This document shows positions 9,970-21,086 of a stretch of 64,000 bases of DNA, in pieces (position 1 is the stretch's first letter; every line of letters begins with the position of its first letter). A program made the position numbers and the translations under genes. Below the pieces are notes generated by a model. That model searched no databases. It saw only the letters and a list, made by a program, of their open reading frames with translations, and was not told the origin of the DNA. Source of the stretch: an uncultured delta proteobacterium (GTDB lineage: Bacteria; Desulfobacterota; Desulfobacteria; Desulfobacterales; QNYZ01); the NCBI GenBank assembly GCA_963845145.1, contig CAWJQU010000001.1, positions 64,001 through 128,000 on the forward strand, written 5' to 3'.

Positions 9970-11151
9970 TTAGCGGTATCTGTTAAACGCCCGTTGAAAT
10001 CCCGGCATGGCGTTGGTAATGGTATCGTCCTCCACACAATAAGCAATTCTGAAGTGACCGGGACCACCGAATCCGCTGCCGGGGACGACCAGGATCAGCT
10101 CCTCCGTCAAGGCCTGGGCAAAAGCGACATCATCGGCGATAGGTGCTTTGGGAAAGAGATAAAAAGCGCCCGGCGGCTTGGTAAAATCATAGCCACAGTC
10201 GGCTAACCCATCACAAAGCAAATCCCGTTTGCGCTTATATTCTCCAATATCTACCGTATCGCCCTGCATTTTCGCCACCACCCGCTGCATCAACGCCGGC
10301 GCATTGACGAAACCGAGAATCCGGTTGGCCAGAGCGACACCTGCCCGCAATTGCTTTTTATAGGTCGCTGCCGGGTTTAGGGCGACAAAGCCGATGCGTT
10401 CCCCCGGAATGGAGATATCCTTAGAATAAGAGGTACACAGGATTGTTTCCTTATATCCGTCGAAAATGCTGGGAATCGGGGTGTCGTCAAACACGATCTT
10501 TCGATAAGGCTCATCGGAAATCAAATAAACAGTACGCCCGATTTTTTTCGACCAGGTTTCCAGCAGTTCACCCAAGGCGGCCAATTCTTCCTTGGTATAA
10601 ATCTGTCCGGTGGGATTATTGGGCGAATTTACGATCACGGCTTTGGTTTTTTCAGTCAGCGCATTTTCTAAACCGGCCAAATCAAGGGAAAAATCTTCCT
10701 TGGTTGGGACCACCTTCAGAACGCCCCCATGGTTATCGGCATAAAAACGGTATTCAACGAAATAGGGTGCCGGCGTGATGAGTTCATCCCCCGGATCCAG
10801 AATGGCCTTAAAAACAATATTCAGGGCGCCCGCCGCACCAACGGTCATGGTGATGTCGTCACCGGTTATATCGACCCCCTGCTCCTTTTTTAGAAACGTG
10901 GCAATGGCGTTGCGTGTCTGCGGATAACCGACATTTGGCATGTAGCCGTGCCCGCCGCTTTCCAGATCCGCCACCGTTTCTTTAATAATTTTTTCAAACT
11001 GTGCCGGCGGTGGCACATTGGGGTTTCCGAGACTGAAATCAAACACGTTCGCCGCCCCGTGCTGCTGCTTTAACTGCGTTCCAGCCTCAAACATCTTGCG
11101 AATCCAAGATGAATTCTCGATAAACCCCTCTACTTTTTTTGCAATGGTCAT
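9970..11151 (-). CDS. Class I PLP-dependent (aspartate-type) aminotransferase
   Basis: NSPNNPTG, SDEPY, SYSKDISIPGERIG. Confidence 0.92.
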   Translation of the reverse strand: MTIAKKVEGFIENSSWIRKMFEAGTQLKQQHGAANVFDFSLGNPNVPPPAQFEKIIKETVADLESGGHGYMPNVGYPQTRNAIATFLKKEQGVDITGDDITMTVGAAGALNIVFKAILDPGDELITPAPYFVEYRFYADNHGGVLKVVPTKEDFSLDLAGLENALTEKTKAVIVNSPNNPTGQIYTKEELAALGELLETWSKKIGRTVYLISDEPYRKIVFDDTPIPSIFDGYKETILCTSYSKDISIPGERIGFVALNPAATYKKQLRAGVALANRILGFVNAPALMQRVVAKMQGDTVDIGEYKRKRDLLCDGLADCGYDFTKPPGAFYLFPKAPIADDVAFAQALTEELILVVPGSGFGGPGHFRIAYCVEDDTITNAMPGFQRAFNRYR

Positions 11152-11220
11152 CTAATACTCCTTTGAATTATCAATTATCCGTTTATATCGTTTGTGGCTT
11201 TTCCGTTTAATGTCGACGGT

Positions 11221-12021
11221 TTAATGCTGATAAGGTTTCACTAAAGATTTCAGAGCGCCGAAAACCGATTTTCCCTTTTTGGCGGCATCGGCATGGCCGT
11301 CGACGATCTGGTGAAAGAGATCCATTTTCTCCTTGTCGGATGGGTCGATGGGCGTGTCGATCCATTTTAAGGTGTTGCGAACTTTATCGTAGATAACCAT
11401 GGGCCCTACCACGGTCTTGCCAGTGGTATCCGTCTGCAGGCCACCCAGGACAAGATGGTGGGGCACCTGAAATGCTTTAGGCGCGTCCCGATATTCAAGT
11501 AATTCGGCGAACAACCCCAACGCCTCTAACACACCGTCGGCATATTGATTTTCAAAAGAAGCCTGCCCCTCTTTTTGAATCTGGTCAAGGTCTTCCATTG
11601 TGTAAGCCAAATCCAGACCGTCAACGATATCCGTTTGAACCGTCTGGACGGAGTCGGCCTTTTTACTCAATACCACATCCTTGTCACTTAAAATCTTGAT
11701 GGCATTACGAATACTGATCATCTCCTTGACGGTGGGGCTTTTACGAAGACAGACATCTTTGATGCTCGTGTTATAAATTCCCAGTCCGTTATCCAGCACA
11801 AGGATTTTCTTTTTGTCCGCATCATTTTCCAAATTATTTTCCAGGATGTAAAGATCCATATCCCGTTCACGTCGAACCGAGTATTCGCCCATGGCGAGCA
11901 ATTTTTGCATGGCCGCCTTATCAAACCGGCTACCGCTGTCGGGTTGATTGAGGGAGCGAATAACCCGGCCGGCCAATTGATCGATATCGATTTTTTTTAA
12001 TAGGTTTTCTTTAAAGCCCAT
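11221..12021 (-). CDS. Hypothetical protein
   Basis: 266-aa ORF with GGGAG RBS, co-oriented with neighbours. Confidence 0.7.
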   Translation of the reverse strand: MGFKENLLKKIDIDQLAGRVIRSLNQPDSGSRFDKAAMQKLLAMGEYSVRRERDMDLYILENNLENDADKKKILVLDNGLGIYNTSIKDVCLRKSPTVKEMISIRNAIKILSDKDVVLSKKADSVQTVQTDIVDGLDLAYTMEDLDQIQKEGQASFENQYADGVLEALGLFAELLEYRDAPKAFQVPHHLVLGGLQTDTTGKTVVGPMVIYDKVRNTLKWIDTPIDPSDKEKMDLFHQIVDGHADAAKKGKSVFGALKSLVKPYQH

Positions 12022-12050
12022 TCAACCCGTTCTCCCTATTCGTTGATTCA

Positions 12051-12773
12051 TTAAAAAGCCGTCTGCCCCGCCTGTTTGCGCTTGTCCTCACTTTTCTGAA
12101 TTCGCCCTTGTTCCCCCTTAATTAATTCATCGATATTGGTACCGTAATAGATGGCAATACGATATTCCGGATCGCCGAAGCGATCCAATACACGGGAAAC
12201 GATGAGATAGTCCTGTTCGTTTTGCCAAAAGTAGGATTGCCCCGGCTGATGTGACCAGGTGATCTCTTCCGGCGCCCCATATTTATCACGCATGGTTTCA
12301 AGAATACCGCTGCCCTCCTTGCGGGAAATAATATAAAAGAATAGCGGCTTTTGGCTTTGTCCGGAAAAAAGAAGCTGAACCTTTTTAAATAACTGGCTTT
12401 TTTTCTGAGGATAACGGAACATCAATTTAATGGTATCGTGTTCCACCCGGGCGCCTCTATCATCATTTAACAGTAAATTGAATTGATGAATCGGCTTAAA
12501 ATAGGCTTCGATAAACCCCTGATAATTGGTCTCCAAATCAATGGGCGTACGTGTAAACACAGCATCAGGGCCAAGGGAAGCGCTCAATTGGTCCCGGAGA
12601 GACCTGGAATAACGCGAGTCTGCACTCAGGTTAAGAAAGGTAAAACCCGTAGCATCGGCAGAGGAGATGGGCTCGGAGGGTTTCTCATCACAGCCGATAA
12701 AGATAAAAGGGGCAATTATCCACAAGCAAACAAGGATCCAAAAAATATTTCTGCTTAATCGCATGGTCACCAA
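12051..12773 (-). CDS. Hypothetical lipoprotein
   Basis: Hydrophobic signal ending in lipobox-like FIGC. Confidence 0.65.
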   Translation of the reverse strand: MVTMRLSRNIFWILVCLWIIAPFIFIGCDEKPSEPISSADATGFTFLNLSADSRYSRSLRDQLSASLGPDAVFTRTPIDLETNYQGFIEAYFKPIHQFNLLLNDDRGARVEHDTIKLMFRYPQKKSQLFKKVQLLFSGQSQKPLFFYIISRKEGSGILETMRDKYGAPEEITWSHQPGQSYFWQNEQDYLIVSRVLDRFGDPEYRIAIYYGTNIDELIKGEQGRIQKSEDKRKQAGQTAF

Positions 12774-12802
12774 TGGGTTTGATTTAGTGGGTTTGATTTA
12801 GT
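12774..12802. repeat. 14-bp tandem duplication (tgggtttgatttag x2)
   Basis: Read directly; lies immediately upstream of the lipoprotein gene. Confidence 0.8.
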
Positions 12803-12884
12803 CTGTCTTAAGAAGCAAAGCCGTTATTGTTTCTCAATATATACGGTTTTTTAACCACACGGTCAAGGTGGCCGATTCGCCGCC

Positions 12885-12986
12885 CTAGGGAAATCGCAAG
12901 TAAAATTCAAAAAGCATGGTTGATATTTGCGATTGCCCCGACATAAACACACCCATTATGGGATTTCGGGCGGTCTCAAAATGGAT
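12885..12986 (+). repeat. Dispersed palindromic element, copy 1 (REP/MITE-like family A)
   Basis: 102 nt matching the reverse complement of 61710-61811 with about 8 mismatches by eye; core gggaaatcgcaa...ttgcgattgccc. Confidence 0.9.
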
Positions 12987-13085
12987 TCTTTTTAAAAGAC
13001 CACGCGAAACCCAATAATGGATGACATTTCGTATGAGCAATCCCTTGTGGTTACCCTGGCTCAATGAGCGAATGCGCTTGAGTTT

Positions 13086-14168
13086 ATGGATTTTGATGCT
13101 AAACTGCCGAGTTTAACGCAATTAAAAAATCAGGGTCTTAAGATGCAAAAATGGATGAGCGGTGATCATTATTCAATTGCCCAAATGACGGGGCAGCGCC
13201 TGATGGTGGGTTTCGATGGGACGACATTGACCCAGGACCTGAAATATCTGATCGATACCTTACAGGTTGGTGGTATCATTCTTTTTAGCCGAAACATTCA
13301 GGCTCCGGACCAATTGGCAGAATTGTGCCGTTCCGCCCAGGACCATGCCCTCACCTGCGGCCAGCCCCCACTTTTCATCGCCGTAGATCAGGAGGGTGGC
13401 AAGGTGGCCCGCTTGCGTTCCCCCTTTACCGAGTTTGATGGCAATCCCGCCATGCGTGACGAAAGCGATGCCGTCTCTTTTTCTACCATCACCGCCCGGG
13501 AACTGAAAAGCGTTGGGATTAACATGAACATGGCTCCGGTCATGGATGTGGCTTTTCCCGATGTGGACAGCATCATGGCTGAGCGGGCATTTGGGGGCGA
13601 CCCGGCCATAATAGCGCGAATGGGCGCAGTGGTCATCGATCAATTGCAGGAAAACAGAATTATGGCTGTAGCCAAACATTTTCCAGGTATCGGCCGGACC
13701 ACGCTGGATTCGCATCTCGACCGACCTCATCTCAATACGCATCCGGAAAAGCTCTTGAACACGGATTTGGTTCCGTTTAATGCGGCCATCCAACATAATG
13801 TAACCGGTATCATGCTTTCTCATATTGTTTACGAAAAAATAGACGCCCGCTGGCCGGCCAGCCTGTCACCTTCAATCGCCAACCTACTGTTGCGAAAACA
13901 GTTGGGATATGAGGGCCTTATCCTCACCGATGACCTCGACATGGGGGCGATCAAAAAACATTATGCCATCGAAACCGTTTTCACACAGATCATGGCCGCC
14001 GATATCGACCAGGCCTTGATCTGCCATCGCAGCCCGGATATGGAAATGGCCATTGAAAAAATGACATCCGCCGCAACCGATACCCCTGACCTGGAAGAAC
14101 GGTGCCGGCAGTCGCTTGACCGAATTCTGGCCTTGAAAGCATCTTACCTCGGAGAAAACGGCATATGA
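13086..14168 (+). CDS. nagZ: Beta-N-acetylhexosaminidase (GH3); start may be 13143 or 13155
   Basis: AVDQEGG.V.R, KHFPGIG, DSH, TDDLDMGA. Confidence 0.92.
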   Translation: MDFDAKLPSLTQLKNQGLKMQKWMSGDHYSIAQMTGQRLMVGFDGTTLTQDLKYLIDTLQVGGIILFSRNIQAPDQLAELCRSAQDHALTCGQPPLFIAVDQEGGKVARLRSPFTEFDGNPAMRDESDAVSFSTITARELKSVGINMNMAPVMDVAFPDVDSIMAERAFGGDPAIIARMGAVVIDQLQENRIMAVAKHFPGIGRTTLDSHLDRPHLNTHPEKLLNTDLVPFNAAIQHNVTGIMLSHIVYEKIDARWPASLSPSIANLLLRKQLGYEGLILTDDLDMGAIKKHYAIETVFTQIMAADIDQALICHRSPDMEMAIEKMTSAATDTPDLEERCRQSLDRILALKASYLGENGI

Positions 14169-14203
14169 AATGAATTGCTAAGAAAAGAAGTATTTACAAA
14201 ACT

Positions 14204-15202
14204 TTAAATGCGCATGCGGGAATAGACATCATCGGTCAGGTTCCCTTTTGATCCCGCCTGCAAATGGTGGTACCCGGCCGCCGCAATCATGGCGGCGTTA
14301 TCCTGGCACAAATCAAGGGGTGGAACGTGGATCGACAGATTTTTTTTGGCTGCCCCGGCCGACAGTCGCTGCCGCAATCGTAAATTAGCTGCCACACCGC
14401 CCACCAAGGCAACGCGTTGGCATTGTTTATGTTTGGCCGCACGGATCACTTTATCCACCAGGACATCCACAACAGCCTCCTGAAACTCGGCAGCAACATC
14501 GCATTTAGCCTGCGCATCGGTAATGTTGTGATCTTCCACATGACGTCGTACGGCCGATTTTAATCCACTGAAGCTGAAATCAAATCGATCTCGTTCGAGA
14601 TAAGGACGCGGAAATGCCATCCGACCACACGAGCCCTTGACCGCCATTTCGCCGATAATGCTTCCCCCCGGATAGCCAAGACCGAGTAGTTTGGCCACCT
14701 TATCAAACGCTTCGCCGGCGGCATCGTCGCGGGTTTGTCCCATGAGTTCGGCCTTAATGTGGCTGGTCACGTAATATATGTTGGTGTGCCCTCCCGAAAC
14801 CAGTAGGGCGACAAATGGAAACGCGGGGGCCTTGTCCGCCAAAAAAACGGAATTTAGATGTCCCTCAAGGTGATTGACCCCGATCCAGGGCTTATCCAGG
14901 GCATATGCATATGCCTTCGCAAAGGAAAACCCGACCAGCAAGGCGCCTACTAATCCCGGCCCTTGCGTGACGGCCACGCCATCAATCTGCGAAGGATCCA
15001 GGCCCGCTTGATCCAGAGCTTCGGCCACCACCGTCCCGATGGCTTCCATATGCCGGCGTGACGCCAGCTCGGGAACGACGCCGCCGTATGGGTGATGGAC
15101 CTCTACCTGGGAAGCCACGATCGAGGCCATCAATTGGTGGCCGTCAATCACGACGGCCGCCGCAGTTTCATCACACGATGATTCGATACCGAGAACAATC
15201 AT
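14204..15202 (-). CDS. tsaD: tRNA N6-threonylcarbamoyltransferase TsaD
   Basis: GIESSCDET, GGVVPELASRRH, HLEGH, VSGGHT, DDAAGEAFDK, DNAAMIA. Confidence 0.97.
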   Translation of the reverse strand: MIVLGIESSCDETAAAVVIDGHQLMASIVASQVEVHHPYGGVVPELASRRHMEAIGTVVAEALDQAGLDPSQIDGVAVTQGPGLVGALLVGFSFAKAYAYALDKPWIGVNHLEGHLNSVFLADKAPAFPFVALLVSGGHTNIYYVTSHIKAELMGQTRDDAAGEAFDKVAKLLGLGYPGGSIIGEMAVKGSCGRMAFPRPYLERDRFDFSFSGLKSAVRRHVEDHNITDAQAKCDVAAEFQEAVVDVLVDKVIRAAKHKQCQRVALVGGVAANLRLRQRLSAGAAKKNLSIHVPPLDLCQDNAAMIAAAGYHHLQAGSKGNLTDDVYSRMRI

Positions 15203-17032
15203 GACTGCTCCATGTAAATATCATCGACCTGCACCCTAAATTGTTTCAAGGAGAGGCCCTTCTTTCGGCAAAACCGTTTGATGCGGGCCAGGTCGGCGCC
15301 ATGTGTGTCATCGAAGGAGACCAGCAAGGTCGTCACCGGATGTTTGGCAAGAATGTCGCCAAGATCTGCGAACGTCCCCATGATTGGATAGCCCTGCAAT
15401 TTTTTACCGGCCTTCGAGCGGATCGTCGTCGATGAAGCCAAGGGGCTTTAAAGCGAGCGCTTTATTGTTTAAAATCTCCCTGAGAAGGATTTCTCCCCCG
15501 CGGCCGGCACCGTAGATGACCGTCATTGCCCCGGCGAGTGTTTTCCGCTTCATCATATCCGATGAGAATCGGAAAAAACCGCGCGTTCCCAATAAAACCA
15601 GGTTGGTCAGCAGCCAGTCGATGATGAAAATCCCTTTTGAAAAATCTCTGAAACGGTAAAAATAGGTGACCACGGCGACACAGATAATGGTCGCCAGAGT
15701 GGACGCTTTTAGGCAAGCGCTGACATCATCGCTACTCATCTGGCCTAAAATATTGCGATAGACACCGGCAAAATAAAAAGCGATGAGCTTACAGATGATG
15801 ATTGCCGGAAGGGATTTAAGAAAGGTATCAAAATAAAAACCGAATACAATCGCATCAAACCGTAACCGGTAGGACATATAATAGGCAAAAGCGATCAATC
15901 CAAAATCTAAGATGATCATCACCAGTTGACGCTTATAGGTCAGTTCGATTAACACCGGGGTAAAGGTGCGGTCGCGAAGTACTGAAAATTCTTTTTCCGG
16001 GTAAACGCGCAATTGGGAAAGATAAACGCCCATGAGAATGGCGGAAAGCAATACCGGAATAATAACACCAGGTGAGGTCATTGAGTCGCTGCGGCTGACA
16101 AAAACGGCGGCCAAGCCTGAGATGATCCCAATACCGTATAAAGCCAGAACCGCTCCGCGTTCGGAAAATCCCATCAGGACCAGACGATGCGAGGTGTGAT
16201 CCCTGCCGCCCGTGGATGCTCTCCGCCCGCTCAGCAAGCGAACCATTGTGACCATCGTGGTATCTAAAAGAGGCACCATTATTAGCATAACCGGCACGGC
16301 ATACACCGCCAGCGAACGGGTCATCTGCAGATGGTCGGTATAGGTCAGGCTAAAAAAAGAAATGGCAAACCCAATGACCAGACTGCCGCAATCGCCCATG
16401 AATATGGATGCCGGATTAAAATTGTAACATAAAAAAGCCAGCAGGGCTGCAGCCATGATCAATGCGGCCAGGGCGACATCGACATGCGTGGGCCATAAGA
16501 TGACGGCCAGGGCAACCGAACAGATCAGGCCGATCCCGGCGCAAAGCCCGTCCATATTGTCAAGTAGATTAAAGGCGTTGGTGATGCCGACGATCCAGAT
16601 CATGGTCACCAGGGTATCCATGGTCATGGAGGTAAACCAGTAGAGCCGATAACCGAAAAAAGTGACCACCGCGGCCACCAGAATCTGTCCTAAAAGCTTG
16701 GCATGGGGTTTAATATGAATAAAATCGTCAACCAGCCCCAGTATAAATAATAACGTGGCACCGGTTAAGAGGACTGCATTGGCCGGCATCCGTGGCAAAT
16801 CGGACCCGCGGGCGTTGAAAAAGGCGGCGATCGCTGCAAAATCAAGTGCCGGCAAAAGGGATATTAAAACAGCCGTATAGATGGCGATCCCCCCCATCAA
16901 AGCGGTGGGACGGGTATGCCATCGATCCTTCACCGGAGCAGCCAGCCAGCCCTTTGCACGGGCAAGACGCTGAATAGCCGGTGTCAAAATAAGGCAGATA
17001 AGAAAAGCGGTTGGAACCAAAAGATACGGCAT
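15199..17032 (-). CDS. WecA/MraY-like polyprenyl-phosphate GlcNAc-1-P transferase fused to a PglF/CapD-like membrane plus Rossmann domain; +1 frameshift near 15414
   Basis: GLVDD, NAFNLLDNMDGL, FMGDCGS, HTSHRL; then YGAGRGG and GFIDDDP continuing as KAGKKLQGYP in the 15199..15441 frame; stop overlaps the tsaD start. Confidence 0.82.
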
Positions 17033-17275
17033 CAGTTTACCGATTTTTTTGACCTGTTTTAACAACCCGCCGGGTGTTGGAAGGCGTGGCCCCTCAGGTA
17101 TGACAAAGCGGCACTCCCTGCTGACCATTGGCAACCCAGTGCATCAGCCGAACAAAAAGATTCGATATTTTTGAGAAGTGTCGTTTTATGGAGAGATACC
17201 CGGATCGCTTAGCCGGATCGTCCTTTTGGTCGGTGATCGAGCCTGGTTTTGGATCGAGCCTTGATGGGTAAAGCG

Positions 17276-18322
17276 TCATGATTGCCAGACAACCCGATCA
17301 TCAGTGCCTTTGCCGTCTAACACTTCACCAATCACAAAGACCTTTTCATCCATGGCCGTGAGGCGTTCAAGGAGTTCCTGGACAGTGGGTTCCGGCACGA
17401 TCAACACCATTCCAATCCCGTTGTTAAAGGTGCGCATCATCTCCAGGAATTCGATATTTCCTGCCGATTGTAAAAAATTAAAAATGGGTGGTACTTCCCA
17501 GCTGTCGCGATAAATGGCAATATTGCAGGCCTTGGGGATCACGCGAATGATATTTTCAGCGATGCCCCCACCAGTGATATGGGCCAGCCCATGGATCGGA
17601 AAGTCCCTCAAAACACTCTGGATAATTTCGGAATAGATCCGGGTTGGTCGCAATAACGCCTCACCCAGGGTGGTACCCAGATCCGGCACATGGCTATCAA
17701 CGGTTAGTTTTAATAGGTCGAAACAGATTTTCCGAACCAGCGAGTACCCGTTGCTGTGAACGCCATTGGCGGCAATCCCGATAAGCTGGTGGCCCACGCC
17801 GATCTCAGAACCGTCAACAATGTGTCGGTTGTCCACCATGCCCACAGAAAATCCGGCCAGATCATACTCATTTTCCGCATACATGCCGGGCATTTCCGCC
17901 GTCTCGCCACCGATCAGGGCGCACTTGGCTTGCCGGCAACCCTCGCCGATACCCTCGATGACGGCAGTGGCGGTAGCGGTATTTAAGCAGCCCATGGACA
18001 GATAATCGAGAAAAAATAGCGGTTTGGCGCCTTGAACGGCAATGTCATTGACGCACATAGCCACAAGGTCGATACCGATGGTATCATGCTTGTCCATCAA
18101 AAAGGCGATCTTCAACTTGGTTCCCACACCGTCAGTGGCACTGACCAGAACCGGCATGTCCATGCCGCTGACGTTTAAGGAGAACATGCCCCCGAAACCA
18201 CCGATATCGCCCATCACACCCGCACGAAAGGTCTTTTGGGCGATCTGTTTGACCGTGGTGACAAATCGGTTTCCCTTATCAATATCCACCCCGGAATCGG
18301 CATACGTCAATGTTTTGGCCAT
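17276..18322 (-). CDS. purM: Phosphoribosylformylglycinamidine cyclo-ligase
   Basis: TYADSGVDI, ATDGVGTK, GGETAEMPG, HSNGYSL, AHITGGG. Confidence 0.97.
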   Translation of the reverse strand: MAKTLTYADSGVDIDKGNRFVTTVKQIAQKTFRAGVMGDIGGFGGMFSLNVSGMDMPVLVSATDGVGTKLKIAFLMDKHDTIGIDLVAMCVNDIAVQGAKPLFFLDYLSMGCLNTATATAVIEGIGEGCRQAKCALIGGETAEMPGMYAENEYDLAGFSVGMVDNRHIVDGSEIGVGHQLIGIAANGVHSNGYSLVRKICFDLLKLTVDSHVPDLGTTLGEALLRPTRIYSEIIQSVLRDFPIHGLAHITGGGIAENIIRVIPKACNIAIYRDSWEVPPIFNFLQSAGNIEFLEMMRTFNNGIGMVLIVPEPTVQELLERLTAMDEKVFVIGEVLDGKGTDDRVVWQS

Positions 18323-18477
18323 CTTCTGATCCTGTTCAAATGGGTTGTATAAATACAAAATGTTATTCCGGATGATGGTAAATGTCAAAACAAATTTTGA
18401 CTTTGAAATTCAAGTAATGTATGGAAATCAGACTTTTGGCGCGAACAAACAGCAATAGTTTAAAAAGGACTGGGACC

Positions 18478-19644
18478 ATGACAACATTTGCCAGACTCGA
18501 TCGGCTGCCGCCATATGTATTTGCCACCGTCAATGATCTGAAGATGAAAGCCCGGCGCGCGGGCGAAGATATCATCGATTTGGGAATGGGCAACCCGGAC
18601 CTGGCCACACCGGATCATATCGTCGCTAAACTCATTGAAGCGACACAAAAACCCCACAACCATCGTTATAGCGCATCCAGGGGTATAACCAAACTACGCC
18701 TGGCCATTTCCAACTGGTACAAACGGCGCTTCGATGTGGACATTGACCCGGAGACGGAGGCCATCGTTACCATCGGTGTCAAAGAAGGGATGTCGCACCT
18801 GATCCTCGTGGCGGTAAGACCCGGAGATGTGGTCTTTACGCCCAACCCGACCTACCCCATCCATCCCTACTCGGCCATTATCTCAGGCGGCGATGTACGC
18901 GGTATTCCGGTGGGACCCGAAGAGGATTTTTTCGAAAACCTGATCAATGCGACACGACAGACCTGGCCCCGGCCCAAAATCTTGATCCTTTCCTACCCCC
19001 ACAACCCCACTACCGAAGTCGTGGATCTGGCTTTCTTTGAAAAGGTCGTGGACTTTGCACGCGAGAATAAGATACTAATTATTCACGATTTTGCCTATGC
19101 CGATCTTGTTTACGACGGGTATCGCGCCCCCAGCATATTACAGATAAAGGGCGCCAAGGATGTCGCCGTTGAGTTTTTCTCCCTGTCCAAAAGTTATAGT
19201 ATGGCCGGCTGGCGGGTCGGCTTTTGTGTGGGCAATCGGGAGACAATTTTTGCCCTGCAACGGATTAAAAGCTACCTCGATTACGGTATTTTTCAACCGA
19301 TTCAGATTGCCGCCATCATCGCCTTGAACGGACCGACGGATTGTGTTGATGATATCAGAAATACATATAAAAGCCGCCGGGATACCCTGGTAACCGGCCT
19401 CAATCGCGCCGGCTGGCCAATCGAATCCCCCAAAGGGACCATGTTTGTATGGGCTAAAATACCGGAACCCTACCTCGCTATGGGCTCTGTGGAATTTTCC
19501 AAAATGCTCATCAACAAGGCCAAGGTGGCCGTGGCTCCGGGGCTCGGCTTCGGGGAATACGGCGACCAGTATGTGCGCTTTGCCCTGATTGAAAACGAGA
19601 TGCGGACCAACCAGGCTGTACGCGGCATCCGCAAAGTGCTGTAA
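18478..19644 (+). CDS. alaC: AlaC-type PLP aminotransferase
   Basis: [45 protein letters not shown]. Confidence 0.85.
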   Translation: MTTFARLDRLPPYVFATVNDLKMKARRAGEDIIDLGMGNPDLATPDHIVAKLIEATQKPHNHRYSASRGITKLRLAISNWYKRRFDVDIDPETEAIVTIGVKEGMSHLILVAVRPGDVVFTPNPTYPIHPYSAIISGGDVRGIPVGPEEDFFENLINATRQTWPRPKILILSYPHNPTTEVVDLAFFEKVVDFARENKILIIHDFAYADLVYDGYRAPSILQIKGAKDVAVEFFSLSKSYSMAGWRVGFCVGNRETIFALQRIKSYLDYGIFQPIQIAAIIALNGPTDCVDDIRNTYKSRRDTLVTGLNRAGWPIESPKGTMFVWAKIPEPYLAMGSVEFSKMLINKAKVAVAPGLGFGEYGDQYVRFALIENEMRTNQAVRGIRKVL

Positions 19645-19654
19645 GGAGACACGC

Positions 19655-20977
19655 ATGAGGCAAATCAATATAGGCTTGATCGGTTGCGGAACTGTGGGAA
19701 CCGGCGTGGCCAAAACATTGTTGGAAAAAATCGATTTGATTTCCGCCCGGGTAGGCGCCCGGCTTCATTTAAAATATGTGGCCGATATCGATATCACCAC
19801 CGATCGGGGATTTACGTTTCCCGAAAACGTGCTGACGACCGATGCCCAGGCGGTTATTGATGACCCGGAAACCGACATTGTTGTGGAGATGATCGGCGGC
19901 CAGGGGATCGCCAAAGATCTGATTTTGGATGCAATCTCGAAAAACAAGCATGTGGTTACAGCCAACAAGGCCCTGTTGGCCGCTCAGGGGAATACCATCT
20001 TTGCCGCCGCCGCAAAAAAAGGCGTCGACATCGGGTTTGAAGCCAGCACGGGGGGGTGCATGCCCGTCATCAAAACCTTGCGGGAATCACTGGTAAGCAA
20101 TCAGATTCAAGCCATCACCGGTATCCTAAACGGCACCTGTAACTATATTTTATCCCAAATTGCCGCCAAAGGCGTGACCTTTGAGGAGGCCCTGGCCGAA
20201 GCCCAAAACAAAGGGTATGCCGAGGCGGACCCTACCTTGGATGTAGAGGGCCACGATACCGCTCATAAACTGGCGATTTTGTCAGCGCTGGCGTATGGAA
20301 TGACGTTGAATTTAAAAGATATTTATGTGGAGGGTATTTCCGGGATTATGCCGCGTGACATCCGGTTTGCTGAAGAGTTTGGCTATCGCATCAAACTGCT
20401 GGCCATCAGTAAAAACAACGGCAACACAATCCAGGCCCGGGTTCATCCCACCATGATCCCTATAAATAACCTTCTATCCAGCGTCAACGGCGCCGTAAAC
20501 GCCCTGACAATCACCGCCGATGCCGTGGACGATATCATGCTGTACGGCTATGGGGCGGGTATGATGCCTACGGCCAGTGCCGTCGTGGCGGATTGCGTTG
20601 ACCTGGCCCGCAATATCATTTATGGCCGCGCCGGCCGGGTTCCCTATTTATCATATCAGGCTGAGAATATCCGCGACATACCGATCACGTCGATTGATGA
20701 CATAACGACTCGATACTATATTCGCTTTTTTGCCATCGATCAGCCCGGCGTTCTTTCAACCATATCGGGAATTCTCGGCAACCACGGCATCAGTATCCAA
20801 TCGGTTCAGCAAAGGGGCCGCAAAGTCAACGGATCGGTGCCCTTGGTAATGCTAACCCATCTGGCGAATGAAGCGGCGATTCAAAAAGCCCTGACTGAAA
20901 TTAAGGGATTGAATGTGGTCGACTCCCGATCGATGTTGATTCGAATCGAGGATAACGATACCTCGAACCCTGTTTGA
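19655..20977 (+). CDS. hom: Homoserine dehydrogenase with C-terminal ACT domain
   Basis: GCGTVG, VTANKA, GILNGTCNYIL, YAEADPT.DVEG.D. Confidence 0.96.
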   Translation: MRQINIGLIGCGTVGTGVAKTLLEKIDLISARVGARLHLKYVADIDITTDRGFTFPENVLTTDAQAVIDDPETDIVVEMIGGQGIAKDLILDAISKNKHVVTANKALLAAQGNTIFAAAAKKGVDIGFEASTGGCMPVIKTLRESLVSNQIQAITGILNGTCNYILSQIAAKGVTFEEALAEAQNKGYAEADPTLDVEGHDTAHKLAILSALAYGMTLNLKDIYVEGISGIMPRDIRFAEEFGYRIKLLAISKNNGNTIQARVHPTMIPINNLLSSVNGAVNALTITADAVDDIMLYGYGAGMMPTASAVVADCVDLARNIIYGRAGRVPYLSYQAENIRDIPITSIDDITTRYYIRFFAIDQPGVLSTISGILGNHGISIQSVQQRGRKVNGSVPLVMLTHLANEAAIQKALTEIKGLNVVDSRSMLIRIEDNDTSNPV

Positions 20978-21086
20978 AAGTGAGACATGGCGAGGGCCAA
21001 CCTGGACCTGCTGAATACGGAATGATAAAAAAACGTTTCAAATAGAACGGTTTGAAAATGAAGCCATTAAATACGAAAGAGAGCCT

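Noticed and set aside
17200..17262. Short direct repeats (ccggatcg x2, gatcgagcct x2) between purM and the WecA-like gene
   Set aside because: Too short and irregular to support a functional call
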